From an uncultured delta proteobacterium (GTDB lineage Bacteria; Desulfobacterota; Binatia; UBA9968): 64,000 bases of DNA. Below are positions 49,437 through 59,451 of the stretch, piece after piece. The notes below the pieces were generated by a model that saw only the letters and a program-made list of their open reading frames with translations, was not told the DNA's origin and did not search any database. The number at the start of each line of letters is the position of its first letter. Positions within the stretch are counted from its first letter, which is position 1. Location of the stretch: the NCBI GenBank assembly GCA_963727625.1, contig CAVSHR010000009.1, positions 1 through 64,000 on the forward strand, read 5' to 3'. The translations under genes and the position numbers were made by a program.

Positions 49437-49797
49437 GGAACCCTCCTTGGTACGGTTTTCAAGAGAGTGCTACTGGGTTAATTATTAGTCTGTCCGGAAG
49501 GCGGGCGTCAAGCGCGCCTAAGACAATCCAGCGTGCCAATCCGCGGATGAAAGGTTTAGAGAACTCAGAGAAACGAAAAACAAGGAGCGATGAAATCTTT
49601 TCCCCTACAGGTCATTCCCGAAACCTGACCAAGAAAGTGACAGCACAGCGGCTGCGTGGGACGCGACGACCTACCGAACCGCGTAAAGTCCATTAAACCA
49701 GCATTGCCGAACGACGGCCATTCAATTTGTAACTGTCCCCGCACTACACAAACGCTAAAATTACCGCTAGAATCCATGCTGCCTGGTAGTTCTAGTC

Positions 49798-50445
49798 ATG
49801 GAAGCATCAAAATTTAAGTTCCTGCTTGTCGGCGCCGTGGTCATCGCTATAGGGGTCGCTCTCGGCACGGCGCTATGGCTCAAGCTTGGACCCCATAACC
49901 AATTCAGTCGAGGTCTGCTCGAAGGCGGCGACGGCATGAAGGATTATGGTGCGGTTCCGGACTTCTCCTTGACGGAAAGAAACGGCAGTACCATAAATCT
50001 AACCCAGCTCCACGGCAAAATCTGGGTTGCAGACTTTATTTATACGAGCTGCACCGACACCTGTCCGCTGCAAACGGCGATGATGGCCAAGCTCCAAGAG
50101 AAATACGCAGACAAGCCGAATGTCCAACTGGTCTCGTTCAGTGTCGATCCCGAACGTGACACGCCCCAAGCGCTTACTGTCTACGCCGAGAAATACCAGT
50201 CCGATCCCAAACGCTGGTTTTTCTTGACCGGGCAGCGCAATCGAATTATTAGCCTGGTCCAGGAAGGTTTTCATTTGGCCGTGGCCGCGATCCCCGATGA
50301 TAAGGACCCGAGCGGCACGATTCCGCATAGCTCGCGCTTTGTGCTGGTGGACAAAAGCGGCCGAATTCGCGGGTATTACGACAGCCGCGAGCTGGAAGCG
50401 TTCGTGCGCCTTAAGAATGACATCGATACTTTGGTGAAAGGGTAA
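49798..50445 (+). CDS. SCO1/SenC family copper chaperone
   Basis: N-terminal TM, FIYTSCTDTCP (CxxxC), SVDPERDTP, HSSRFVLVD. Confidence 0.93.
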   Translation: MEASKFKFLLVGAVVIAIGVALGTALWLKLGPHNQFSRGLLEGGDGMKDYGAVPDFSLTERNGSTINLTQLHGKIWVADFIYTSCTDTCPLQTAMMAKLQEKYADKPNVQLVSFSVDPERDTPQALTVYAEKYQSDPKRWFFLTGQRNRIISLVQEGFHLAVAAIPDDKDPSGTIPHSSRFVLVDKSGRIRGYYDSRELEAFVRLKNDIDTLVKG

Positions 50446-50450
50446 CAAAG

Positions 50451-51323
50451 ATGGCCAACGACAGAAACAAAAGAGCCAGGCAACCGACCACCAACTCGCT
50501 TGCGCGCCAGGGCCCCAACTGGCCATTGTTTGTTCTCGCCTTGATCGGCATGGGCTTGTCCGGCTATCTCACCTTTTCCGCGTGGCAGGGAAGTCAAGTT
50601 GCTTTCTGTACCGAAGGCGCCGGTTGTGATGTCGTGCTCAATAGCCGCTGGTCAACCCTCCTAGGCATGCCGACTGCGTTCTGGGGTTTCCTTACCTATG
50701 CGCTCCTCGCCGCTGTCGCCTGGAACAAGAATGCCGCGGATCAATGGCGCTGGGCTTGGGTGATTTCTTTATTCGGGCTGCTCTACAGCCTCTATTTGAC
50801 TTCGATCTCTTTCTTCGAGTTGCAAGCTGCTTGTCCCTATTGCCTGACCTCGCTTGCTTTGATGACGGCGATTTTTATTTTGCTGACTTTCCAGAAGCCG
50901 AGCAGTCTTGCGAAATTTTCCTGGGGGCCATGGTTGGCCAAAACGGTCGGAACCGCCGCTGTCGCCATCGTATTACTTCATACATATTATGCCGGCTTTT
51001 GGGGCAATGCTCCCGGACCGGAGGATCCTTGGATTCGCGGCTTGGCCGAACATCTGTCGAAAAGCGACGCTAAATTTTACGGCGCCTCCTGGTGCCCGCA
51101 TTGCAAAGACCAGAAAGAGATGTTCGGCAGTTCGGTTGAACGCATTCCCTATGTGGAGTGCAGCCCCGGCGGACCCCAAGCGCCCCAAGCGCAGGTGTGT
51201 AAAGATAAAAATATTGAGAGTTACCCCACTTGGATCATTAACGGACAGCGCTATACCGGCGTCCAACCGTTGGATACCCTCGCCCAGTTGACCCAGTTCC
51301 AGTATCAAGGAGACAAACCATGA
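50451..51323 (+). CDS. VKOR family protein fused to thioredoxin-like domain
   Basis: FCTEGAGCDVVLNS, CPYC, then YGASWCPHC, YVEC, YPTW. Confidence 0.93.
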   Translation: MANDRNKRARQPTTNSLARQGPNWPLFVLALIGMGLSGYLTFSAWQGSQVAFCTEGAGCDVVLNSRWSTLLGMPTAFWGFLTYALLAAVAWNKNAADQWRWAWVISLFGLLYSLYLTSISFFELQAACPYCLTSLALMTAIFILLTFQKPSSLAKFSWGPWLAKTVGTAAVAIVLLHTYYAGFWGNAPGPEDPWIRGLAEHLSKSDAKFYGASWCPHCKDQKEMFGSSVERIPYVECSPGGPQAPQAQVCKDKNIESYPTWIINGQRYTGVQPLDTLAQLTQFQYQGDKP

Positions 51324-51790
51324 GAGGGTGCGATTGGCAATATAAGATAACCTTGAATCTGGCCGCCGTTGCGCTGGTTATGGCCTTCTGGCCCGCGGTC
51401 GCGCCGGCCGACCCGTCAAAATATCCGGAATTCGCCCAACAGACGGTTCCTCCGGATGTCAAACTTGTCTTTATTAGCATCGAGGAACTCGTCAAGGAAT
51501 TGAAAGGTAGAATCCGACCGGTGATCATCGACGTCCGTTCAACGGAGGAATTCCGCGAGGTGCACATTCTGGGCGCGGTTTCCGCGCCGCTGGCGGAATT
51601 CAAAGATTACATCAAAAGCATCCCGCGTGATCGGCCGGTCGTGCTTTATTGAGCATGCCCTCATCACCTGGCCAGTCTGGCCTATGGCATTCTCTACGAA
51701 GACGGCTACCGCAACATGAAAGTGCTCAACGAAGGAATCGTCGGTTGGTACCAGAAGCGCTACCCCATGGAAGGAACTAAGGCTCCCTGA
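51320..51790 (+). CDS. Exported rhodanese-domain protein, predicted selenoprotein (Sec at TGA 51650-51652)
   Basis: IIDVRS..EF...HILGAVS.P...RPVVLY-TGA-ACPHHLA...GYRNMKVLNEGIVGW..KRYP; domain complete only with readthrough; 156 aa. Confidence 0.85.
51653..51690 (+). promoter_or_regulatory. Putative bacterial SECIS element
   Basis: Lower stem ATGCC (51655-59)/GGCAT (51686-90), upper stem GGCCA-GTC-TGGCC (51670-82) directly 3' of the UGA. Confidence 0.6.
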
Positions 51791-51799
51791 CCACAAGAC

Positions 51800-52495
51800 A
51801 TGGCTCGCAAGAACGCGGTGATCCTTCTTAGCGGCGGCATCGACTCCGCTACCGCCGCCGCAATCGCTAAACAGGTCGGTTTTGACCTGCACGCGCTAAG
51901 CTTTTCTTACGGCCAGCGCCACGAGCGCGAGATCGTGTACGCCGGCAAAGTCGCGGCGTTCTTGCAGGCCAAAACCCACCGGGTGATCCGCTTCGATCTA
52001 AGAGCAATCGGCGGTTCCGCACTCACCGATCAGATCGAAGTACCGAAAGGACGAAGCGAGACGGAGATTTCAACCGGCATACCGGTCACCTACGTGCCGG
52101 CGCGCAACACGATCTTCCTCTCCTTCGCGCTCGCCCTCGCCGAGCGCATCGAAGCGCAGGATATTTTTTTCGGCGCCAATCAACTCGATTACAGCGGCTA
52201 TCCCGATTGCCGCGAGGCCTATATCCGCGCCTTTGAAACGATGGCGAACCTCGCCACCAAGGCCGGCATCGAGGGCAAGTCTCGGCTGCACATTCAGACA
52301 CCGTTGCTGCAGATGACTAAAGCGAAAATCATTGCCACCGGCCTGAAGCTCGGCCTCGACTATGGATTGACCTGGAGCTGTTACGACCCGGTGCACGATG
52401 GGCGCGCCTGCGGCCGCTGCGATAGCTGCCAGCTCAGGCTTAAAGGATTCAAAGAGGCAGGAAGCGTCGATCCGATCGCCTACGCCGACCATTAG
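51800..52495 (+). CDS. queC: 7-cyano-7-deazaguanine synthase
   Basis: LSGGIDS, YGQRH, TYVPARN, YPDCR, TWSCY...CGRCDSC. Confidence 0.96.
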   Translation: MARKNAVILLSGGIDSATAAAIAKQVGFDLHALSFSYGQRHEREIVYAGKVAAFLQAKTHRVIRFDLRAIGGSALTDQIEVPKGRSETEISTGIPVTYVPARNTIFLSFALALAERIEAQDIFFGANQLDYSGYPDCREAYIRAFETMANLATKAGIEGKSRLHIQTPLLQMTKAKIIATGLKLGLDYGLTWSCYDPVHDGRACGRCDSCQLRLKGFKEAGSVDPIAYADH

Positions 52496-52517
52496 GATTT
52501 CGACGCAACAATTTGAA

Positions 52518-53408
52518 ATGTTAACCGCCCCCTTCACGCCCGAATTTCTCAGCCAATTGGAAGCGCTCAGGCTGCGCACGCGAAAGGAATTCTTGGGCAA
52601 CCACCCGGGCAGCTATTCTTCGCCACGGCGCGGCACGAGCTTGGAATTTTCCGACTACCGCCGTTACAGCCCGGGCGACGACCTGCGCTACCTCGACTGG
52701 GGCATTTATGCGCGCAGCGACCGGCTCTACATAAAAGTCTTCCGTGAAGAGGTCGACTTATTTGCCTACGTGTTCATCGACGCCAGCGCTTCGATGGCCT
52801 TCCCGTCGCGTGAGCAAAAGTTTTTGCCGGCTAGTCACGTGGCGCTCTCTCTCGCCTACGTCGTTCTAGCCAACCACGACCACGTCAAATTCCATTTGTT
52901 GCAGGACGGCGCCGGTGCCGCCTCGCCCTTTTATCGCGGTCGGCGTCGCATGACAGATTGCGCTGATTTCGCCAACTCGGCGAGCCCCGCCGGACCGCTG
53001 GAGCTGGCCGCTTCCCTAGGCGAGCACTTGAAGCGCCTGCGCCGGCCGGGGAAAGCCATTCTCATCTCGGATTTTCTCATGCCCGCCGCGGCTTATCAGC
53101 AGGGGCTTAACTTGCTACGCGCCTTCAATCTCGACATCGTCGCCATTCAAGTGCTGTCGCGCTATGAAGTCGATCCGCCGTTTCCCACCGGTACCGTCGC
53201 CTTGGTCGACAGCGAGAGCCAAACCGAGATCAAGCATCAGTGGAGTACGGCCGCCCGGCGCGAATATCAGAGCAAATTGGCGCATCACAACGCGGAGATT
53301 CGCAGTTTCTGCCACCAGAGCGGTATCCACTATTCATTCTATGTGACCGATCGTGATCTCGGCGAATTTGTCTTCGCCACCCTGCCGGCCGTCGGCCTGT
53401 TCAAGTAA
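52518..53408 (+). CDS. DUF58 domain protein
   Basis: EFSDYRRYSPGDDLRYLDW, IDASASM, ISDFL. Confidence 0.92.
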   Translation: MLTAPFTPEFLSQLEALRLRTRKEFLGNHPGSYSSPRRGTSLEFSDYRRYSPGDDLRYLDWGIYARSDRLYIKVFREEVDLFAYVFIDASASMAFPSREQKFLPASHVALSLAYVVLANHDHVKFHLLQDGAGAASPFYRGRRRMTDCADFANSASPAGPLELAASLGEHLKRLRRPGKAILISDFLMPAAAYQQGLNLLRAFNLDIVAIQVLSRYEVDPPFPTGTVALVDSESQTEIKHQWSTAARREYQSKLAHHNAEIRSFCHQSGIHYSFYVTDRDLGEFVFATLPAVGLFK

Positions 53409-53412
53409 GCCT

Positions 53413-55230
53413 ATGGAATTTCTCAATCCTGCCGCGTTACTCGGCCTGCTCGCGCTGCCGCTGCTGCTGATTCCATACTTGATCCGGCGCAAGCCGCGCC
53501 GGCTGGTATTTTCCAGCCTGTTGCTTTTCATCGAGGGCGATGCCGAAGCCAGCCGGCCACTCGGGCGAATCAACCTGCCACCGATTTTTTTCCTGCAGCT
53601 GTTGCTGCTGGCTTTGCTTATCTTTGCCATGAGCGAACCGGTGTTTTCCGTGCGCCCCACCAGCATCGCCATCGTTTTGGACAATTCCGCGAGCATGCAG
53701 GCCGCGCAAGATGGCAAGACCCGATTGACGCTGGCTCAAGAGAAAGCCGGCGCCGTGATCGGCGAGCTTGGCGCGGCCGGCAAAGTCGATCTCTACGTGA
53801 CGACGCCGCGGCTGGCGAAAATTCATGCGGCGGCGTTGACGCCGAGCCAAGCCCGAAGCGCAGTCAAAAATATTAAAGCGTACGACCTCGGCGATTCCCC
53901 GATCGATTACGACCAGGCGCTTAACCAATTGGCCCGGGAACAAAAGTACGAGCGCGTCTACCTCATTACGGATCATCCCGCGGGCGGCCAGACCGCGGCA
54001 ACCCGGGTCATTTCCGTCGGGCAACCGCGCGACAATCTGGCTGTCACGGCCTTCGACGTGCGCCGCTCCTCTCTGATCAACTCGCGCATGGAAGCCAGCG
54101 CCCTGGTGGCCAATTTTTCCGCCAAGAACGAACGGGTAAAAATTTCGCTCAAAGCCGACGGCGCCATCCTGGCCAGCCGCGAGCTTCGCGTCGGCGCCGA
54201 CAAGACTGCCAGCGCGACTTTCGAGGGTTTTTCCGAGCATCCGAGCTATGAAGTCGAGATCGACGCGCGCGACGCGTTGGCGCTCGACAATCGCCGCTTT
54301 GCGGTGGCAACTAGCACCCGCAAACTGCGCATTCTCGCGGTCACGCCGCGCCCCCAGGCGGCAAGCAGCTTGAAATTGATTCAAGGTGTGAGTGTCGATG
54401 TCATCGCGCCGGCCGATTACGCAAAATATCAGCGCCCCGGATATGGATTGGAGATATTCCATTTCGCCACGCCCGCACGCCTGCCGGAAAATCCCGCGCT
54501 GTTTATCCTGCCGCCGGCGAATAACTCCCTCGTGGATCTCGGCGCGCCAATTTCGAACCCGCAAATTTCCAGCTGGCGCGAGCCTCATGTGCTGACACGC
54601 TACATCAATTTCAGCTTGTTGCGCCCGACCTACGCCCGCCCGCTGAAACCTCAGAGCGCGGGCGATGTCATTATCGAAAGTCCCGCCGGCGCTCTCGCTT
54701 TCGCGGTTGAGCGGCCAGGGACCCGTTATCTGATCCTCGGCTTCGACCCCTTGCCTTATCTGGGGCGGAAAAACTTGCCGATGTCGATTTTCACCCTCAA
54801 CTTTCTCGATTGGTTCATCGAGAGCGGCGGTTCGCGCAGCCAAGCCACCGGCGAGCCCATTCCATTGATCGCCGCCCGATCCGGCGACCTCCTGATAACG
54901 CCCGCGGGCGATAGAATTGCGCTGAAACCTGGCCTCAGCTATTTTCCGTCGACCTTTGCGCAGGGGATTTACCGGCGCAGCCGCGCCGGTGCGAGCGAGC
55001 TTTACGCGCGTAATCTGGACGACCTGGGCGAGTCCGATCTGCGCGCTTCCAGTACGATCGAGCTGCGCGGCGAGTCCGAGAATTCCGGCAGCGCCTCGGT
55101 GCTGTTTTCCTTCTGGCCCTATCTCCTGCTCGCCTCGTTGTTCCTGCTAGTGATTGAGTGGTTCATCAATCCGCGGCTGGCGCGCCCGGCGTTCTTGCGC
55201 CGCGGCCGTCGCCCGCTATTTTCACGCTGA
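53413..55230 (+). CDS. BatA N-terminal + VWA domain membrane protein
   Basis: MEFLNP.ALLGLL.LP, LDNSASM, ITD, C-terminal WPYLLL..L.LLVIEW. Confidence 0.85.
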   Translation: MEFLNPAALLGLLALPLLLIPYLIRRKPRRLVFSSLLLFIEGDAEASRPLGRINLPPIFFLQLLLLALLIFAMSEPVFSVRPTSIAIVLDNSASMQAAQDGKTRLTLAQEKAGAVIGELGAAGKVDLYVTTPRLAKIHAAALTPSQARSAVKNIKAYDLGDSPIDYDQALNQLAREQKYERVYLITDHPAGGQTAATRVISVGQPRDNLAVTAFDVRRSSLINSRMEASALVANFSAKNERVKISLKADGAILASRELRVGADKTASATFEGFSEHPSYEVEIDARDALALDNRRFAVATSTRKLRILAVTPRPQAASSLKLIQGVSVDVIAPADYAKYQRPGYGLEIFHFATPARLPENPALFILPPANNSLVDLGAPISNPQISSWREPHVLTRYINFSLLRPTYARPLKPQSAGDVIIESPAGALAFAVERPGTRYLILGFDPLPYLGRKNLPMSIFTLNFLDWFIESGGSRSQATGEPIPLIAARSGDLLITPAGDRIALKPGLSYFPSTFAQGIYRRSRAGASELYARNLDDLGESDLRASSTIELRGESENSGSASVLFSFWPYLLLASLFLLVIEWFINPRLARPAFLRRGRRPLFSR

Positions 55231-57785
55231 TGAAAACCTTATTAGCCAATATCGAGTTTGCCAGGCCGGTCTTTCTCTGGCTTTTCCTTGCCTTGCCGCT
55301 GCTTTGGTTTCGCCTGCGTGACCGCCGTCTGACCGTGCTGATCGCGCGCACCTTAATCGTCGCGTTGCTGATCGTCGCTCTAACCGACCCGCAATCCACC
55401 AGTGAACAAGCGAGCAGCCAAGAGCGAGTGTTCGCCTTCGATCTCTCTGCGAGCATTCCTGCTTCGATGCGCGACTGGATGAAACGTGCGACCGACGCAC
55501 AGCCCGCACCGAGACGCGGCGATCACGTCTTCGTTTTTGGCGCGGTTCCAGTCAAAGCCGCCAATTGGCGCGACCGCTTGAACGGCGACGCTTCGAAATC
55601 CAACGGTATCCAACCGGAGAAAACTGATCTTGAGAGGCTTCTGCATGCGATCCTAGAATTGCCGCCAGCACCGCGAAGTCTGTTTCTATATACCGACGGC
55701 TGGGAAACGGAAGGAACCGTGGAGCGCCTGTTGCCGGCCGTCGCCGCAGCGGGAATTAAAATCTACCCGATCTTGCCAACGGAGCGCCCGGCCATCGCCA
55801 ACGTGGCCGTAACCAAGCTCCTGGCGCCGACTCAGGGCAACACCGGGGAAAGCTTGAATCTGAAGGTTGTCGTCGAAAATCAAAATGATCGGCCGGTCGA
55901 GGGCACCTTGACTCTGACGCGCAACGGCCAGACTGTTAAATCTGAAACGGCCAGACTAAGTCCGGGCAGCCAAGTTTTCTCCTTTCAAACCACGCCGGCC
56001 GAAGGCACGCTGACCTCTTTTCAGGCGAGTTTCAGCGCGCGCAACCCGCAGCTCGACCGTTATTCGACTGACAACCGCGCCCTCGCCTGGGTTTCCGTGC
56101 ACGCCAAAGCCAAGATCTTGCTGATCAACGGCCGTAGCGGCGCCGGCCGTTATCTCGAGGAAATACTCAAGCGCCAGGGCCTTGAGCTGACCGTGCGCAC
56201 GGCCGACAACGCGCCATCTCCCAGCGGTTACAAGGTAGTGATCTTCAACAATGCGGAGCGCGAGCGCTTTTCGCCGAGTTACCTCGCATCGGTGGAACGC
56301 CACGTTGCCGATGGCAACGGCTTTATCATGCTCGGCGCCGATGCCAGCTTCGCGCCGGCGAGCTATCGTCAGACACCGATCGAGCGGATTTTGCCGGTCG
56401 AGCCGAAAGAGCCGCCCAAGCGCGAAGAGAAAAACCGTGCCGTGGTTTTGGTCATCGACAAGTCCGGCAGCATGCGCGACGACAACCGGATTGTTTACGC
56501 AAAAGAAGCGGCCAAAGCGGTGGCGCGCCAACTGCGCGACATCGACCTGTTGGGCGTGGTCGGTTTCGATGACAGCCCGTTTGTCGTAGTTTATCTGGAA
56601 CGCATGGCGCGGCTGCGCGGCGTGGTCGACACGCAAATTGATCGCCTGAAGCCCGGCGGTCAAACCTACTTCCTTCCCGCTCTGGTCGAAGCCGGACGGC
56701 AGCTGGAACGGGCCAACGCGACCCGCAAGCATATCATCTTGTTGAGCGACGGCGTCACGAGGGGCAGCCAGGGCGAGCTCGTTGATCTGGTCAGTTACTT
56801 CAAAAACCGCCTCAAGATCACGGTTTCGACCGTGGCGATCAGCAGCGAGGCGGATGTCCGCATTATGAAGCGGCTAAGCCAATATGGCGGCGGCCTGTTT
56901 CACCACACCGTGGACCCTTCGACGCTGCCGCGAATCGTCCTAGAACAGCTTCAAGACAAACCGAAGGACGAGCCGCAAAATGAAGGGCCATGGACGCCGA
57001 TTCCCGAGCGAAGCTCTGAACTGCTGGCGGGGCTTGGCATAAGAAACTATCCGGCGGTTTTGGGCTACATGGACACGGACTTGAAGCGCGGCGCGAAGAT
57101 GGACCTGATGATCCAGCGGCAGGATCGTAGGCTGCCGTTATTGGCTTCTTGGCGCTACGGCAAAGGTAAGGCGATTGCTTTGACCACCGACTTGGAGGGG
57201 CGCTGGAGCCGAAACTGGATCCCGTGGACCGGCCTGCAGGCTTTTTGGGGCCGCATTCTGGAATGGCTCGTCCCGGTCGAGGAAAATCTGGTACCGGCCC
57301 ACGAAGCAAGGGTAAGCTTAGTCGAAAATCGCTCGATCCTCGACCTGTCAGTATACGAAGAAGCCGGCGCCAATAGCCAATATCGCTACACAATGACCGG
57401 CAAAGCCGGCAAGAACGAGGGTTCTCTCACCAAACTGGCTCCCGGCCATTACCAAACCGTTTTGCCGGTTTCCGAACCAGGGGACTACCGGATTGACCTA
57501 GTGGAGGATCGCGCCGGTCGGCGCATCCCCTTTCCACCGGTCGGCTACAGTCTTGCCCACGATTTGAAGAGTGAAATGCCGCGGCCCGAGTTCAACACCC
57601 GCTTACTCGCCAAGATGGCCGAGGCTACCGGTGGCGAGATCAATCCTCGACCAGCGCAGACGCGCGTTACCATAAGCGTAACCAAGTCTTATGCGCCGCT
57701 CAGGCAACCCCTGATTCTGACGGTTTTCTGCCTGTTGCTGCTCGAGGTGGCAATCAGAAAGTTCGCCTTTGCCGAGCCGGACTGA
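55230..57785 (+). CDS. VWA + glutamine-amidotransferase-like domain membrane protein
   Basis: FDLSAS, YTDG.E, VIDKSGSM, LLSDG, PLLASWRYGKGK. Confidence 0.85.
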   Translation: MKTLLANIEFARPVFLWLFLALPLLWFRLRDRRLTVLIARTLIVALLIVALTDPQSTSEQASSQERVFAFDLSASIPASMRDWMKRATDAQPAPRRGDHVFVFGAVPVKAANWRDRLNGDASKSNGIQPEKTDLERLLHAILELPPAPRSLFLYTDGWETEGTVERLLPAVAAAGIKIYPILPTERPAIANVAVTKLLAPTQGNTGESLNLKVVVENQNDRPVEGTLTLTRNGQTVKSETARLSPGSQVFSFQTTPAEGTLTSFQASFSARNPQLDRYSTDNRALAWVSVHAKAKILLINGRSGAGRYLEEILKRQGLELTVRTADNAPSPSGYKVVIFNNAERERFSPSYLASVERHVADGNGFIMLGADASFAPASYRQTPIERILPVEPKEPPKREEKNRAVVLVIDKSGSMRDDNRIVYAKEAAKAVARQLRDIDLLGVVGFDDSPFVVVYLERMARLRGVVDTQIDRLKPGGQTYFLPALVEAGRQLERANATRKHIILLSDGVTRGSQGELVDLVSYFKNRLKITVSTVAISSEADVRIMKRLSQYGGGLFHHTVDPSTLPRIVLEQLQDKPKDEPQNEGPWTPIPERSSELLAGLGIRNYPAVLGYMDTDLKRGAKMDLMIQRQDRRLPLLASWRYGKGKAIALTTDLEGRWSRNWIPWTGLQAFWGRILEWLVPVEENLVPAHEARVSLVENRSILDLSVYEEAGANSQYRYTMTGKAGKNEGSLTKLAPGHYQTVLPVSEPGDYRIDLVEDRAGRRIPFPPVGYSLAHDLKSEMPRPEFNTRLLAKMAEATGGEINPRPAQTRVTISVTKSYAPLRQPLILTVFCLLLLEVAIRKFAFAEPD

Positions 57786-57891
57786 CGAGCGCTCCCGCGC
57801 TTCCTAACACCCTCTCCCAATTACCTTTTCCGGGTTTTTTTTCGTTTGACAGGAGCCCGGAAACGATCTATTGGTTGGAGTCTTTTTAATT

Positions 57892-59313
57892 ATGCGGGTC
57901 ATAGCATCAGTAAACCGAAGCGCGACGGCAGTTAGTCAGCGGGTCGCCTGGCGGTGTTTTTCTTTTAGCCAGACTAAGAATTTATCGTGGCTGGTTACAT
58001 TCGTCGCAGTGCTAGCGATGAATCTTGTCCAGGCTCACGCCGCCAGACAAAGAGCGGTCGTCCGCAAGGATATCCCCAAGGGTAAATCCGCGGCCACCCA
58101 GGCGAAAAAACATTCCACGCCTCAACCGCGCAAAGCATTACAGCGTTACCAACTCCCTGAACCCATCGATGTGTTAGAAAAGCGAGAGCAAATCGTGCAC
58201 CGGGTGCGCCGCGGCGAATCCTTCACCGATTTGTTGAGTCGTTATGGCCTGGCGGGGACTGAAAAACGATTGTGGTTACGTTCCCTGACGCAAAATAGCG
58301 GTCGGCGGCCATTACCCGTGGGGCGCGAAGTTCATCTCTACTTTGCCAAGCCCACGTTAACGCGCGCAAAAAGAGCCGTTCCGGGCCAACTCAAAGCGCT
58401 GGAAATTGATCAAGACGATTCTTACACGCTGGCTTGGGAAAAAAGCTTAAAAGGAATTCTGTTCCAGCGGCGCGAGAAGCCGTTCGATGTTGAAGTCAAG
58501 AGCGTGAGTGGCGAGGTCGATACCTCGTTATTCGAGGACAGTCGTAAAGCCGCGGTTCATCCCAAACTGCTCTCTCAGCTCGCCGATATCTTCACCTGGG
58601 ACATCGACATCGAGAAGGCGGTCAAAAAGGGCGATAGCTATAAAATTCTTTATGAACAGCGGAGTCGAAAGGGTCAAGAAAGCAAGCCAGTGATGCGAAT
58701 CCTGGCCGCCGAGTTGAACAATGCGGGGCAAAAGCTCACCGCAGTCTATTTCGAAAAGCAAAAGGGACGGGGCAACTATTACAATCTGGAAGGTCGGAGT
58801 CTGGCCCGCTCTTTTCTGCGTTTCCCGCTTGAGTTCACCAGCATAACTTCGCACTTTAACGAATCCCGTTTTCATCCGCTCTTGAAAACCAATTTGCCGC
58901 ATAAGGGCATCGATTTTGCCGCCCGAAGAGGCACTCCCGTCCGAGCAGTCGGCGACGGCGTGATCACCGAAGCGGGCTGGAACGGCGGTTACGGTAAAGC
59001 CATCGACATCAAGCATGATTCGACGTACACGAGCCGCTACGCCCATCTGCAAGGTTTCGCGCCCGGCATCCGCAGCGGCGTGAGTGTCGCCAAGGGACAG
59101 ATCATCGGCTACGTCGGCTCCACGGGCAGGAGCACCGGCCCGCATCTCCACTTTGAACTCTACAAGGACCAGCAGTTCATCGATCCGTTGGGTGTCGACT
59201 TTCCCGCCGAGGAAAGCATCGAACCGGCATTACAGAAAGTCTTTGAAAATCAGACTCGCACCTATATGGTCGAGCTCGCCACTTTTGCACAGCCGTCTCC
59301 GCCACAATCCTAA
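57892..59313 (+). CDS. M23 family peptidoglycan DD-endopeptidase (MepM-like)
   Basis: HKGIDFAA, YAHL, STGPHLHFE; start uncertain. Confidence 0.9.
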   Translation: MRVIASVNRSATAVSQRVAWRCFSFSQTKNLSWLVTFVAVLAMNLVQAHAARQRAVVRKDIPKGKSAATQAKKHSTPQPRKALQRYQLPEPIDVLEKREQIVHRVRRGESFTDLLSRYGLAGTEKRLWLRSLTQNSGRRPLPVGREVHLYFAKPTLTRAKRAVPGQLKALEIDQDDSYTLAWEKSLKGILFQRREKPFDVEVKSVSGEVDTSLFEDSRKAAVHPKLLSQLADIFTWDIDIEKAVKKGDSYKILYEQRSRKGQESKPVMRILAAELNNAGQKLTAVYFEKQKGRGNYYNLEGRSLARSFLRFPLEFTSITSHFNESRFHPLLKTNLPHKGIDFAARRGTPVRAVGDGVITEAGWNGGYGKAIDIKHDSTYTSRYAHLQGFAPGIRSGVSVAKGQIIGYVGSTGRSTGPHLHFELYKDQQFIDPLGVDFPAEESIEPALQKVFENQTRTYMVELATFAQPSPPQS

Positions 59314-59451
59314 CGCTCTCGCCCTGTTTTTTGATTTGGAAAGGGCTGTTCTTTTAGCTTCGGTTTGTAGTCATTGTCTAGGCGCCATCGATCGGACTTT
59401 GGTTTTCCGTATGGACTGTGTGTGTTTACCGAACCGGATTATTGAATTGCC

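Noticed and set aside
49560-49720. Possible c-di-GMP-I riboswitch or small ORF (MKSFPLQVIPET) upstream of SCO
   Set aside because: Only fragments (GTGGGACGC) match; the GGCAAAC/GAAA/GCAAAGC core is missing and the 12-codon ORF has no other support.
53437-54843. 468-aa minus-strand ORF (likewise 48390-49481, 22103-23098, 6678-7445)
   Set aside because: Antisense to well-supported genes; no family motifs.
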